From a virus, in IMG/VR virus record IMGVR_UViG_3300044729_002129, positions 54,056 to 118,055 of that record: a stretch of DNA of 64,000 bases; one strand, written 5' to 3'. The notes under the pieces are model-generated. The model searched no databases, was not told the DNA's origin, and saw only the letters and a list, made by a program, of their open reading frames with translations. Positions 48,363 through 58,949 of the stretch are shown one piece after another. Every line of letters starts with the position of its first letter. Within the stretch, counting starts at the first letter, position 1. The position numbers were made by a program, and so were the translations under genes.

Positions 48363-48749
48363 TTAAAATCCACGCCAAAATTGTCTTGGATTATTTAATA
48401 TAGTCGATATCTGAGGAAACACTTGAGCTGATTGATTTATTCTGAGAATATTGTAGTCTACAACGCCTGTTGATTCAAGCATTTTTCCTTTGTACACATT
48501 AAACTCAGTACCAGACACTTTCCAAGTTATTTTGGTCTTTTTGAAAAAACTGGAATCAGTCATGTTGTAGTCTCTAGCATTGGTTTCATTTATATTAGAA
48601 TAGTTGATATTACCAACAAAATATCTAGTTATATAACCATATTCATAATCCGATGGTTTGATGGTTGGAATATATGATGATGGAAGAAAATAATTGTATC
48701 CTTCCAACCCAACAATATCTCTTGTTTTATCTGGTGTATCGTAAATCAT
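48363..48749 (-). CDS. Hypothetical protein (baseplate region)
   Basis: P..SDY..GYITRYF motif; ATGA overlap with the hub gene. Confidence 0.6.
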   Translation of the reverse strand: MIYDTPDKTRDIVGLEGYNYFLPSSYIPTIKPSDYEYGYITRYFVGNINYSNINETNARDYNMTDSSFFKKTKITWKVSGTEFNVYKGKMLESTGVVDYNILRINQSAQVFPQISTILNNPRQFWRGF

Positions 48750-51700
48750 ATGTTTATGTACTCCAAGTCAGTTCCAGCAATACATCTTAACAATGCTGTA
48801 ATATTTGTTTCCCACTTACCCGCTGCCAAATTGTGTTCGACTTCAAGTATTTGAAAAATGACATTGCCAGGCACATATGGTTTTGGCAAATTGCTGATGG
48901 CAAATACTTGTAGATTTCTAAATCCATATAATCCATCCAATGTCATTGATATTTGAAAGTTGTCGGCTACACCACTATATTTTGCAATATTACCAGATAC
49001 GTCTCCATCGTCCAACATTCTTCTCAATTTGGCCTTCATATTTGGTGGCAAACACAAATACTTCCAATCGTACTTTGGTTCTTTCAATTCTCCACCTGAT
49101 GTTAATATTTGTTTATCAGCTTCAGTGATATTCAAAAATCTCATACATAAAATTTCATTACGAGAAACATCACCATATACTTGTATGTTAGCTATATCGT
49201 TGTTTTCGTCTTTGAAATTAACATTTGTGCCTGGTATGTTTCCAGATTGTTGTGCTTTAATTAACTCCTCACCTTTTAATTTTCCAATCTGTTTTAGTTG
49301 ATACACATCCAATCTATCTCTGAATTTAATAAATGGAGTATTTGAAACTTGAGTCATTACAATATCAAGTTCGGCTTTGGTGCTGGCTTTGTTTATTTTA
49401 TCTTCAAATGTTTCAGTTAAACTTGGTGAATTTGCACCGGCAAATAAAACGTTATTAGCCTGTTCATTGGTTAAACTAACATCGAAGTTTATAGATTTTA
49501 CCACGTTATTGGTCTTAGCCAAATCAAACATGTATACCTTCTTTATTGTGTCGGTATTCATGGTATTTTTATCAATAATTGATAACTTTCCATTTGTACC
49601 ATCAACAATATCAAACTTCCAAAAATCATCTACTGCATTATTTATTGTACTCAATATAGCAGTAACAAACTGCTTAAGTGTCTTTACATTTTCATCATTT
49701 GCAATTTCCATCAATCGACTCTTTGATATGTAAAGATTTTTCAAATGTCCATAATAGTATTTTTTGTATTTTTTTAGAACATTTACAAATTCATCATCAT
49801 AAATCACTTTATCTTGTGCGAATGGAAATGAAGCAGATTGAGGAGCCCATGTGTTTGCGCTGTTATAATAAAACCAATTGATAACTCTATCCAAATCATC
49901 ACGAAATAAACCGGGAGTACCAAATGTTTTTGCTGTGGATGTTGCGGCTATAATTAGTGATTTTTCAGGTTCAATATTTTTGTTTTTTCGATCCGCAGGT
50001 GTTAAACTTTTTTGATATAGTTCAAGATCCGATTTATGTTTATTTGAATCAACAAATATGTTTTTGTCAAAATTTTTCTGTTCATCAGATAAAAATTTGC
50101 CACCTTTGTTTACTTTTGGCGCAACAGGATTTGGTATCAATATGTTTTTATCACAAGATATTAAATTTGGATGTGCGTTGATGATAATATCTTGGTTGTC
50201 AATCACATATAAATTATTGGCGGGATTTGAACAAAACACATTTATTAATTCAAAAACAAAATCCAATTGCATCCAAACTTCATCATTTGTATCATTTGCA
50301 TCAAAATCTGTAGTTTTATCAGCATATGATATTTGTTGTGCAGATGTAGATTTACCCGAAACAAAAGTTGTTATAGATCCATATTGAATTACTGGTGCTA
50401 TCGTGGCAGGATTGCCTTGATATCCAGCAGCCGCAGCGGCTGCTGCACGTGATCCTGGTGGAGATGGATTTGTAGATGTCTGGTTACCAACTTGTCCAGC
50501 TGCAGCTGCCGCTGCGGCTCGGGTGCCTGGTCTGTTTGGATCTGCTGATTGAGCCACACCCCTACCACCAGCCGTTGCAGCTGATGCTCTTGATGGTATA
50601 AATGAATTTGCGGATGGTAATTTTTTACCAGCGTATATATCTTCTCTTCTTCCGAGAAATACTCTATCTTCTGGTTGTCCATTATAAAATGGAGACTTTC
50701 CAACTATGGTTGGTTTTGGAGCAGCATTGATAGCTTGTTTTATTATATCTGCTTGTTGTTTACTCAGTTGTTCTTGATTTGCCTGTGCGTCAGCTGATTC
50801 TTTGCTTTTCTCAGCATATTTATTTGCTATCGCAGTTTTATTAGCAATTACGAAATCAATAAAATTACTTCTGGATTTAATTGTCTCATTTATAGAAGGC
50901 AAATAAATCTTTATAAAATCTTTCAGATTGATGTATTCATTGCTAGTTGTTCCTAAGTCCTTGGTAGCATTGTTATCTGTTCTGAACCCAGCAAACAATC
51001 CTTGTCTCGATGTACACTCAACATTACACTCATACACAAATCCATTCTGTGTAGTAAAGTTATACTTGGTGACAATTCCAGTTACGCATCCATAATTACC
51101 ATATGAAAGATTAGCTCTATCCAAAGCTTTTTGGGGTTCTGATATAATCGTCCAGCATTCGTCATCCGTTAAATTCAATAGAGATTTTTGATTGAACAAA
51201 TTCCAACCAAACTCAATAAACATATTAATACCGGGAGTCAAAAAGAATGGCATCATATATTCAAGTTGAGCCAAACTATAACAATTAAACTTGAATGATG
51301 CAAATGTAAGCAGTTCTCTGCTTTGTCTTAATTGTACAGACACAATACCCGGCGGTGGTAGTATAGATGGCACCACATTATCTTGTGGAAAATTGTTGTC
51401 AACTCTGGATTGATAATTTGTTAGTGATCTTAGACTTGGATCAATAAAGTGTGGTTCACCATTAGCTTGATAGCCAATAATAGCACCTTTTTGTGTAAGT
51501 GGTGTGGTATTGTTGTAACCAAACGCATCGTAAAAACCATCTCCACCTTTTAGAATAAACCCATCATATGGCTTTGAATCATTTGGACTTTGACCGCCAG
51601 ATTTATTCAAATAAGCACTTCTTGGTACCAGTCCATTTGAAATTTGACCTGTACCATTTGAAAATACTCTAACCCAAGGAGTCATTGGACCCTTGTACTT

Positions 51701-51874
51701 ACTATGATTGTTTGCAAAGTCAAACGTAGCATTAACAAATGGATTTGGTATTTGCATGCCAATGTTATTACTATTATTACGACGACGCAATTCTCTTACC
51801 ATCTCAGTTGGAATGTTTTGTATTTCCCACCAAGTTGGTGCATTTCCTGCTATCTCATTGGTACTAGTTGCCAT
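48746..51874 (-). CDS. Baseplate hub-like structural protein
   Basis: Position after the LysM-like gene; PG..MFIEFGW; C-terminal FQILEVEHNL...WETNI typical of hub/VgrG-like folds. Confidence 0.6.
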   Translation of the reverse strand: MATSTNEIAGNAPTWWEIQNIPTEMVRELRRRNNSNNIGMQIPNPFVNATFDFANNHSKYKGPMTPWVRVFSNGTGQISNGLVPRSAYLNKSGGQSPNDSKPYDGFILKGGDGFYDAFGYNNTTPLTQKGAIIGYQANGEPHFIDPSLRSLTNYQSRVDNNFPQDNVVPSILPPPGIVSVQLRQSRELLTFASFKFNCYSLAQLEYMMPFFLTPGINMFIEFGWNLFNQKSLLNLTDDECWTIISEPQKALDRANLSYGNYGCVTGIVTKYNFTTQNGFVYECNVECTSRQGLFAGFRTDNNATKDLGTTSNEYINLKDFIKIYLPSINETIKSRSNFIDFVIANKTAIANKYAEKSKESADAQANQEQLSKQQADIIKQAINAAPKPTIVGKSPFYNGQPEDRVFLGRREDIYAGKKLPSANSFIPSRASAATAGGRGVAQSADPNRPGTRAAAAAAAGQVGNQTSTNPSPPGSRAAAAAAAGYQGNPATIAPVIQYGSITTFVSGKSTSAQQISYADKTTDFDANDTNDEVWMQLDFVFELINVFCSNPANNLYVIDNQDIIINAHPNLISCDKNILIPNPVAPKVNKGGKFLSDEQKNFDKNIFVDSNKHKSDLELYQKSLTPADRKNKNIEPEKSLIIAATSTAKTFGTPGLFRDDLDRVINWFYYNSANTWAPQSASFPFAQDKVIYDDEFVNVLKKYKKYYYGHLKNLYISKSRLMEIANDENVKTLKQFVTAILSTINNAVDDFWKFDIVDGTNGKLSIIDKNTMNTDTIKKVYMFDLAKTNNVVKSINFDVSLTNEQANNVLFAGANSPSLTETFEDKINKASTKAELDIVMTQVSNTPFIKFRDRLDVYQLKQIGKLKGEELIKAQQSGNIPGTNVNFKDENNDIANIQVYGDVSRNEILCMRFLNITEADKQILTSGGELKEPKYDWKYLCLPPNMKAKLRRMLDDGDVSGNIAKYSGVADNFQISMTLDGLYGFRNLQVFAISNLPKPYVPGNVIFQILEVEHNLAAGKWETNITALLRCIAGTDLEYINI

Positions 51875-51877
51875 AAC

Positions 51878-52168
51878 TTAATTAAAATTCTTAAGATTAT
51901 TTAGTATTTGAGAAACATTGCCTGGTATTCTTAATTGTTTACCTTGTGGTATTGATAATTTACCTTTACCCAAGTTGTTAGCTTGCGCTATAATCCACCA
52001 GTAACTTTCATCACCATAGTATTTTTTAGCCAAACTATCTAAATAATCGACCTCACTTGCTATGATATATGTATCATCAATAGACTCTGGAATGATAGGA
52101 TAATAAGTTGTTCTGTAAACATTCTTGCCATCCCATCTTTTATAAACTGGTGTAAATTGATATCTCAT
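51878..52168 (-). CDS. LysM-like baseplate protein (gp53/tail X-like)
   Basis: DYLDSLAKKYYGD..YWWIIAQAN...G.QLRIP. Confidence 0.85.
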   Translation of the reverse strand: MRYQFTPVYKRWDGKNVYRTTYYPIIPESIDDTYIIASEVDYLDSLAKKYYGDESYWWIIAQANNLGKGKLSIPQGKQLRIPGNVSQILNNLKNFN

Positions 52169-52170
52169 AA

Positions 52171-54714
52171 TTAAGGTGTATTAGAATTTTGTACACCAAT
52201 TGAATCAGTATCATATCTGACATTGGTTGAGAAGTTATTCTTTGATGGATCATCTTGTACCTTGTTTGTGTATTCCAAATCAACCGCACCCAAGGTTGAA
52301 ACATCAACATTTTGGAATGTACTACCTTTAGGCACATCTTTGATTGAAACTGGAGCGTTACCCCAAATTGCTCTGCCAGTCTTAGGACGATCTTTTTCAA
52401 GAACATTCATTTGTACACTAATTTCTGCGGTTCTTGGAAATTGAGCAATTCTTCCTTTGGATGTAGCCTTGTTTTGTCTTGGATCTATGATCGTATCAGG
52501 ATTGAACCATTGTATAGCTTTATTTGGTCCATAACTCCATTCTTGGTTTGATTCTTCTGGAATTGTTTCCCAAGATGCATCATCTGGTATTGTAACGTTA
52601 CAGCTTGTTATTATAACAAAGTGGTTCTTGTAAAAGTCACCAAGTGTTAATTGTACCATAGGTGGTACCATATATCCACCATATTGCTGTAATGTATAAT
52701 TTGATGGTCTCGTTAAACCAACCAAATAGTTTATGCGTTGCCACATTGGCATCAACTCTTTTACGCTATGTGCGTTAACAGTGAAATTGAAACTTACTTG
52801 ACGTTCAAATCCTTTGTAATAGAATAATTTGTCTGGACGACCCAAATATTCAACCGTTTCCCAACTTGCATTGTTGTTATCGTTAATTGATTTTACGGTC
52901 GCATTAAATGGAATATACTTTTCGTTTACAATATCATAAAAGTAAAACTTGACTATATCTGGTCCATATACGCCAAATTTTTCATTGTTGACATATTGTT
53001 TATCAAATTCTTCAGATGTTAATACTTGAAGAGAATTAACGTAGTCAACATTGTTTGTTGGATAAATATATCGATCATTTGGTCCTTCTCCTAAACGAGT
53101 TGGAACTTTGTTGCCTGTTGTTTCATCTCTACGAAAACGACCTTGATATGTATCATTTTTAGCCGCAGGATCATTTAATTTTGTAGGATCAAGTTCTTTT
53201 AAGTAGTTTGTTCCTATGCGAGTTCCATCATTACTAAACTTAGCAAATTGAAGAGGTTGTAAATTTTTAGCATTTGTGCTGTATTTATTTGAGTTTACAC
53301 CACCAATGTCATTGATAGCTTTATCAAGATTTGCAATGATATCTTTAACCGCATCACTTTGTTGATCACTAAATGTGGTCTTGAATCCAGATTGATTATC
53401 TAAATAAGTTTTATAGTTAAGTATTTGGTCTGAATATTCATTATCATCGTCTACTTTTACTACATCACTATATCTATTTGAATCACCAGTTGGTGTAATT
53501 GCTTTTTGTGTTAATCTATTGCTACGTAAGTTATTCTTGTCTTTTGATAAAACACCAATTTCTTTTGTATAGTCTACAGATTGATTTCTAATATTTTTAA
53601 CAATAATCAATCTGTTCAAAGAAGTTTTGTTCTTTGATTTACCATAAAAACGTTGATTAACAGCTAAAGAATAATCTGCTCTTTTTCCAAACCCAAGTGA
53701 ATTTAATAATCCACTTAAAATGCCTCCACCCGCAATGCCAGTTTGAGTTGGGTTAAACAACTTTCCAGCATTCAACATCATTTCGTATGTTTGTTCATCA
53801 GCACGATATGTTGCTGGCCATGGTTGTTTTGGTGGAAGAATACCACCAACCAATGTGTTGTTTTGAAAGAATCTACCAACACCACTTAATAATCTGCTAA
53901 AGAAGTTACCCCCAGCATTTGACATCCAACGTTGATATCTAGGATTATTGTAAGCATTTGTAGCGGTATTACCTCTCAATAAGTCTTTTACACCATCTCT
54001 AGCAATTGATGTAACAACTCGACTGGAATTATCTCCACCACCAACCAATGAGGTCAGTGTTGATAATCCCAATCCACCACTTGCTGCGCTAGCAACACTA
54101 CTACGAGGTGGTGATGGTTGCGGAGGTGCGCTACCCAATAATTGTCCTACAGCGCTTACGGCATTACTAAGACCAGTACCACCCAATAGGCCTGTTAATA
54201 TGTTACTTGTATCTATATGACGGGTTGGACGATCAACCAATCCAAAAGTAGCGGAACGTATAGCGGCAATCAACGGCGAAGCTGGGTTATAGACCTTGGT
54301 TTCATCGAATGGTTGAAATCCTTGTAGGATAAGTTGTTTGCCTGTAAACTTTACACCAGCGCTTGATCCCAAAAACTTTCTAACTCTGGTAGCATCTTGT
54401 ACAGCGGCACTTAATGGAAGTGATCTGTTGCCACCAATTTTTGTACGTTGTCCTTCGTTTGGGTTTTTGTAAATATATTGTTGAGATGTAACCAATCCCT
54501 TCAAGTAAAGATCTTGTGGTTTGTTCTTGGTATATAGAACTTGATCATTACCATTTGTTAGAAACAATGTCTCTAATTTACCGCCTCGTCTGATATTAAT
54601 AAACGAAGCGGCATTAGGAGGTAGTGAAAGACCTGATCCTTGAACTTGGGATAAAGTGGTGACTTGACCATCTGCTCCACCAAAACCCTCTACGAATGTT
54701 TGACTATTTGCCAT
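52171..54714 (-). CDS. Tail tube initiator / baseplate protein (gp48/gp54-like C-terminal domain)
   Basis: W....YLGRPD..F.YKGFERQVSFNF, PPMVQLTLGD; position after the tape measure gene. Confidence 0.65.
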   Translation of the reverse strand: MANSQTFVEGFGGADGQVTTLSQVQGSGLSLPPNAASFINIRRGGKLETLFLTNGNDQVLYTKNKPQDLYLKGLVTSQQYIYKNPNEGQRTKIGGNRSLPLSAAVQDATRVRKFLGSSAGVKFTGKQLILQGFQPFDETKVYNPASPLIAAIRSATFGLVDRPTRHIDTSNILTGLLGGTGLSNAVSAVGQLLGSAPPQPSPPRSSVASAASGGLGLSTLTSLVGGGDNSSRVVTSIARDGVKDLLRGNTATNAYNNPRYQRWMSNAGGNFFSRLLSGVGRFFQNNTLVGGILPPKQPWPATYRADEQTYEMMLNAGKLFNPTQTGIAGGGILSGLLNSLGFGKRADYSLAVNQRFYGKSKNKTSLNRLIIVKNIRNQSVDYTKEIGVLSKDKNNLRSNRLTQKAITPTGDSNRYSDVVKVDDDNEYSDQILNYKTYLDNQSGFKTTFSDQQSDAVKDIIANLDKAINDIGGVNSNKYSTNAKNLQPLQFAKFSNDGTRIGTNYLKELDPTKLNDPAAKNDTYQGRFRRDETTGNKVPTRLGEGPNDRYIYPTNNVDYVNSLQVLTSEEFDKQYVNNEKFGVYGPDIVKFYFYDIVNEKYIPFNATVKSINDNNNASWETVEYLGRPDKLFYYKGFERQVSFNFTVNAHSVKELMPMWQRINYLVGLTRPSNYTLQQYGGYMVPPMVQLTLGDFYKNHFVIITSCNVTIPDDASWETIPEESNQEWSYGPNKAIQWFNPDTIIDPRQNKATSKGRIAQFPRTAEISVQMNVLEKDRPKTGRAIWGNAPVSIKDVPKGSTFQNVDVSTLGAVDLEYTNKVQDDPSKNNFSTNVRYDTDSIGVQNSNTP

Positions 54715-54726
54715 TAATTATAAATA

Positions 54727-57018
54727 TCAGATTGCATTAGTTGCTTGACCAGAAACTCCAAATTTTAAAGTTCCTTCAGCCAATTCTTTACTTACCTTGA
54801 CTCTATCCATATAAACCGCAATCTTTCCTGCGGCCATCATACTAGTCAATACATCGATCTTTTGAGCTACTAAATCAATTCCTTGTTTCAACATAGCTGT
54901 TTCATCACGCTTAGCTTCATTGGTTTTGGCTAGAGCATTAATAGCTTCTGTATCAATACTAATATCAAGATTTGGAAGTTTAACCCCAGACAATTCTTTG
55001 AGTGATCCAACTGCCAACGAAACTCCTTCAGCAGCTGCACTCATCGCAGTTAATTGTGTAGTAATATTTGTTAATCTATCTAATGGAAACAATCGTAAAC
55101 TAACATTTAAAGCACCCAATGCATATCCCATAGCACCAACCCCAGCGGCCGCCAGAACCAATCCAGGCCCAACAAGTGCTAACTTAACCAAGTTTGTAGT
55201 AACAGATCCTAATAATTCTGGTAGTTTGTCCAAAACTTTCATTAATGTATCGGCTAAAATTGATGCCAATCCCAAGAACAATGTTGATATTGCTGCAATT
55301 GCCGGAGCAGCTGCACCAATTCCCTGACCAATTAATTTCAAAGCATATCCTAAACCAATTAAAGCAAGTGTGATTACACCAATCGCAAGAATAGCTGGTG
55401 GTGGTATAATCAAAAATTGTACAGATCTTCCAAAGTTTCTTAGTCCCTTGCCAATTCCTTCCAATCCTTTACCAATACCTTCCCCCACCTTTTGAGCAGC
55501 ATTTCCCATAGCATCTGCTAAAAAGTCTGCTACAAGTTTAACACCCTTCTTGAATGCAAAAAATGCAATAGTTAAACCAGCCAATCCAGCTATTACAATT
55601 CCTGCTGGTCCACCAAAATCCGCAATGGTTGCCAATAGTTTAAAAAATACAATTTGAACAGCTCTAACAATATCCATCAGTGGTTTCATAGCCTTACCCA
55701 ATGCCAACATTGCTTGTTCTTTTTGTGCATCCAAAATAGCTGTTCTTGTTTTTGCTACATTTTCTATAGCAGCCAATTCATTCGCTCTTTTCTTTTGTTC
55801 TACTTCAGATCCAGCAACTTTTGCTAGTTCTTTTTCTAACTTTAGACGTTCCTTAGCAAGATCTGGATTTTCTTGATCAATTTTCTGTTGTGTTTTCTTT
55901 AAAGAACTGATCTTCTGTAATTCATTAATGTCTTTGCCTGTCAATTCAGATAAAGCCTTACGTTGGAAGTAATTTAACTTATCAATATCTCCAACTCTTT
56001 CAAGTTCTTTTTGTAATGCTTTTTCACCCTCAGCAATTTTACCTTCAAAAAACAATCTACGTGATTGATTAAAATTGATATTTTGACCCAATAATGCACT
56101 AGCTTTTAATTCAGCACCAACTGATGATTCAAAGTTTAATAATGATTCGGCCGATTTTGCAGCTTGATCAAGACTACTACCAATCTTTCTCAACTCAGCA
56201 GCTTGTTTGATTAATTCAATCGTGTTGCCTCTAAATATTGTACGTACACTAGAACTAGCCCCACTTACATCTTTAATAACCTTACCCAATGGTACCCCGG
56301 CAGCTTTTGCGGCCGCATCAGCTACTCCAGCCATGTTTTGTTGAGCTTGTAAACTGGTATTACCGATTTCTCCTAATGTAGCAAAAAACTGAGCACTTTC
56401 TGTAGCGCTTATACCAATAGATTGTGAAAGTTCCGCAGCTCTTTGTGCAACCATCGGCATATATTCCGCAGCCATTACACCAAGATTGTTATTTAATTCA
56501 GCAACCGCTTCAAGTGCTTCTTGTAAATTTACAACAAGACTTGTTGACGAAGCAACAATACGTTGCATTATAATTGCTTGTTTTTCAGACTGAACTCTAC
56601 TAATTCCCTGTTTTACAGCATTATCTGCCAGTAATTTATCATATTTATCATATGCATCTATAAGCTTTATAAGCGTATCATACATCAATGACATTACCGT
56701 TGCTTGTCTTTTTAATACAGATAATTGTTGTTCTGCAAGTGCAAGTTGATATCTCTTTTGATCTATAACATGTTGGTTTTGTTGACCTTCTTCATCACGC
56801 TGACGTTCTAATTCGGCAAGATTTGCACTCAATTGACCTACCAATATACTTTGAGCTTCCAATTTTTTCTCTACATCCTTGAGTGGATTTATTGAATTTT
56901 TGATCTTTCTGCCAACATCCGCCCAAGTTTCAGAGTATGATTGTGTTTCAGCTCTGGCTTTTTCTAGCTGTTTAATTAAATCCGCTACGGATTTCTCTGT
57001 TGGTGTAGGTGCTGCCAT
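54727..57018 (-). CDS. Tape measure protein
   Basis: Ala/Leu-rich helical protein with hydrophobic segments, downstream of the chaperone and tube genes. Confidence 0.8.
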   Translation of the reverse strand: MAAPTPTEKSVADLIKQLEKARAETQSYSETWADVGRKIKNSINPLKDVEKKLEAQSILVGQLSANLAELERQRDEEGQQNQHVIDQKRYQLALAEQQLSVLKRQATVMSLMYDTLIKLIDAYDKYDKLLADNAVKQGISRVQSEKQAIIMQRIVASSTSLVVNLQEALEAVAELNNNLGVMAAEYMPMVAQRAAELSQSIGISATESAQFFATLGEIGNTSLQAQQNMAGVADAAAKAAGVPLGKVIKDVSGASSSVRTIFRGNTIELIKQAAELRKIGSSLDQAAKSAESLLNFESSVGAELKASALLGQNINFNQSRRLFFEGKIAEGEKALQKELERVGDIDKLNYFQRKALSELTGKDINELQKISSLKKTQQKIDQENPDLAKERLKLEKELAKVAGSEVEQKKRANELAAIENVAKTRTAILDAQKEQAMLALGKAMKPLMDIVRAVQIVFFKLLATIADFGGPAGIVIAGLAGLTIAFFAFKKGVKLVADFLADAMGNAAQKVGEGIGKGLEGIGKGLRNFGRSVQFLIIPPPAILAIGVITLALIGLGYALKLIGQGIGAAAPAIAAISTLFLGLASILADTLMKVLDKLPELLGSVTTNLVKLALVGPGLVLAAAGVGAMGYALGALNVSLRLFPLDRLTNITTQLTAMSAAAEGVSLAVGSLKELSGVKLPNLDISIDTEAINALAKTNEAKRDETAMLKQGIDLVAQKIDVLTSMMAAGKIAVYMDRVKVSKELAEGTLKFGVSGQATNAI

Positions 57019-57043
57019 ATATTATATAATAATAAATATCCAT

Positions 57044-57262
57044 TTATCTAAAAGATGGTTTATCTATTTTAGACTTGGCAGGTTTAGATTCGGATTGTTT
57101 ATTCTCTTTTTCCTTAACATCTACGAGTTTTTTATAATAAAAGTTGCGTAGATGAATAGGTAAAGCGTATACTTCGGATGGGGTAAACCCATTACCATAA
57201 TAACACAAATCAAAAATTACATGTTGTATATAAACTCTGTGCTCAGGAGTTAGGCCAAAAAA
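57044..57262 (-). CDS. Tail assembly chaperone C-terminal extension (frameshift product, GT/gp51-like)
   Basis: Unannotated 72-codon open frame FFGLTPEHRVYIQHVIFDLCYYGNGFTPSEVYALPIHLRNFYYKKL...; no ATG; begins at a U7 run inside the end of the upstream gene. Confidence 0.7.
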   Translation of the reverse strand, partial: FFGLTPEHRVYIQHVIFDLCYYGNGFTPSEVYALPIHLRNFYYKKLVDVKEKENKQSESKPAKSKIDKPSFR

Positions 57263-58055
57263 AGCTGACCGTCATTGGTACGGCTACCCTTTCTTGATTA
57301 GAACATTCAGTGCAGCAGAAGTTAAATCGACTATCAACATCTGGAGAAAAAACCTTTGCATGTTGTCTAAACGCACTACTATCTCTTGCCAACATGTTGT
57401 TATCAATAAAAGACTTGATCTTGGCTTTATCAGTATCTCCATTGATTGAGGTAATCATATACTTCAATCTGGTGGTTATTTCACTTGAAGATTCCTTCTT
57501 TAACTTTGCAAATCCTTCAATATCACGTTCAATCATCTTTTCATCACCGGCAGTCAATAACTTAAATTTGATTGTTAGTTTTGATGCTGGCAACGTATAT
57601 TCAAACTCATTTACACCTTTTGGGTATGCATCAAAATCAATTTCCTTGTAGTTGATTTCTGATAAATCTACATTTTGTTTATTTACCGCAGAACATTTTG
57701 GACATGTAATTTCTACAGGACCATATGTGTCACCATAAGCCAAACGTCTGATTGCAAAAATCAATGCGTTCTTATCACCTACAAGAATTTGATCCAAATC
57801 AATATCCTTATCAACAATCAAGGATTCAATCAACTTTTCTACAGCAAGTCCTTTTTTAAGTAAATTTGGACTGGTAAGAATATCTTCTTCTTTAGCAGTC
57901 ATCAACTTAACTTCCACTTGTCCAGTAGACAATTTGCTGTTTGATGGATAAAATCTACCTTGACTTGGTAAGTCAATGATTTCAGTTGGAAATGTTGGCG
58001 CAGCTGGCTTGCTGTTTGCAGATGATTGTCTTGTAATAGAAATTTCGTCACTCAT
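57243..58055 (-). CDS. Baseplate hub / tail assembly chaperone (T4 gp26-like)
   Basis: IDLPSQG.FY, MTAKEEDIL, GDKNAL..AIR..AYG, CPKC, C-terminal FFWP. Confidence 0.82.
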   Translation of the reverse strand: MSDEISITRQSSANSKPAAPTFPTEIIDLPSQGRFYPSNSKLSTGQVEVKLMTAKEEDILTSPNLLKKGLAVEKLIESLIVDKDIDLDQILVGDKNALIFAIRRLAYGDTYGPVEITCPKCSAVNKQNVDLSEINYKEIDFDAYPKGVNEFEYTLPASKLTIKFKLLTAGDEKMIERDIEGFAKLKKESSSEITTRLKYMITSINGDTDKAKIKSFIDNNMLARDSSAFRQHAKVFSPDVDSRFNFCCTECSNQERVAVPMTVSFFWPNS

Positions 58056-58100
58056 AACTTATAATAATATATAGAACAATAACCAAAGATTTGGGTTATT

Positions 58101-58880
58101 TTATTTAATTTTAACAGCCTTTTGAGCATCCTGCGCTGTTTTTGTAAGAACGCCAGCTCTAGTTCTGATTTTATTTATAGCATCTTTAAACTTGGATTCT
58201 GGTCCTACCAACGCATCCATAAAACCATCTTCTTCTTTTATCATTTTTTTAATGATAGACTTTAACTTTTGTTTTTTTGCTTCATTCATAGGTTTTAAAA
58301 TTTTATATATACTTTTTACAACTTGTGGTTTAACACCAGGATAGTTTGTTGCAAAGTTCTGAAAATCATTGTTAGCCAAATCTTGTCTAAGAGTACTAGC
58401 ACTTATACTTTGACCATTTTTATCATCTGTTCTACCAACATAATTACTTGGAGAATCATCGGTCATATCTACCACTTTTACACCAACTGGCGACGAAAGT
58501 CCATCTTTAGTTGGTTTTGTTTTGTATCTTTCTATAGCAGCCGCAAATATCTTACTACGTTTTGCATCTTCTGGACTTTTTGCACTAGCACCCAATGCAA
58601 CGGTTTCTGTACTATTTCTTGGTAAGTTAAACACATATCCAAACGCAGCGTTCATTGGATTATCATCTTGTACAGCTACCACTTCTACTTTTGGATTCTT
58701 GGTTAATAAGTTCCAAATAGATAAACTTTGTTGACGATTTATACCATCACGTTCAGTAGGACCAACCATCACAATTACTTTGTTTACATCACCACGACTA
58801 GCAAATTTGTTAGCTAATCCTAGATGTCCAATGTGAGGTGGTTTAAATCCGCCTGGTAAAAGTACTGTTACTTGATCCAT
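58101..58880 (-). CDS. HIGH-motif nucleotidyltransferase (cytidylyltransferase-like)
   Basis: PGGFKPPHIGH and ISASTLR; start moved to ATG 58880. Confidence 0.78.
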   Translation of the reverse strand: MDQVTVLLPGGFKPPHIGHLGLANKFASRGDVNKVIVMVGPTERDGINRQQSLSIWNLLTKNPKVEVVAVQDDNPMNAAFGYVFNLPRNSTETVALGASAKSPEDAKRSKIFAAAIERYKTKPTKDGLSSPVGVKVVDMTDDSPSNYVGRTDDKNGQSISASTLRQDLANNDFQNFATNYPGVKPQVVKSIYKILKPMNEAKKQKLKSIIKKMIKEEDGFMDALVGPESKFKDAINKIRTRAGVLTKTAQDAQKAVKIK

Positions 58881-58901
58881 GTATATAAATATTGGTAAAA
58901 T

Positions 58902-58930
58902 AAAAAACCCCACAAATAAATGTGGGGTTT
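58902..58930 (-). terminator. Rho-independent terminator after the tail tube gene
   Basis: AAACCCCACA-loop-TGTGGGGTTT followed by a T-run on the minus strand. Confidence 0.8.
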
Positions 58931-58949
58931 CAAACATATGACTAAAATA

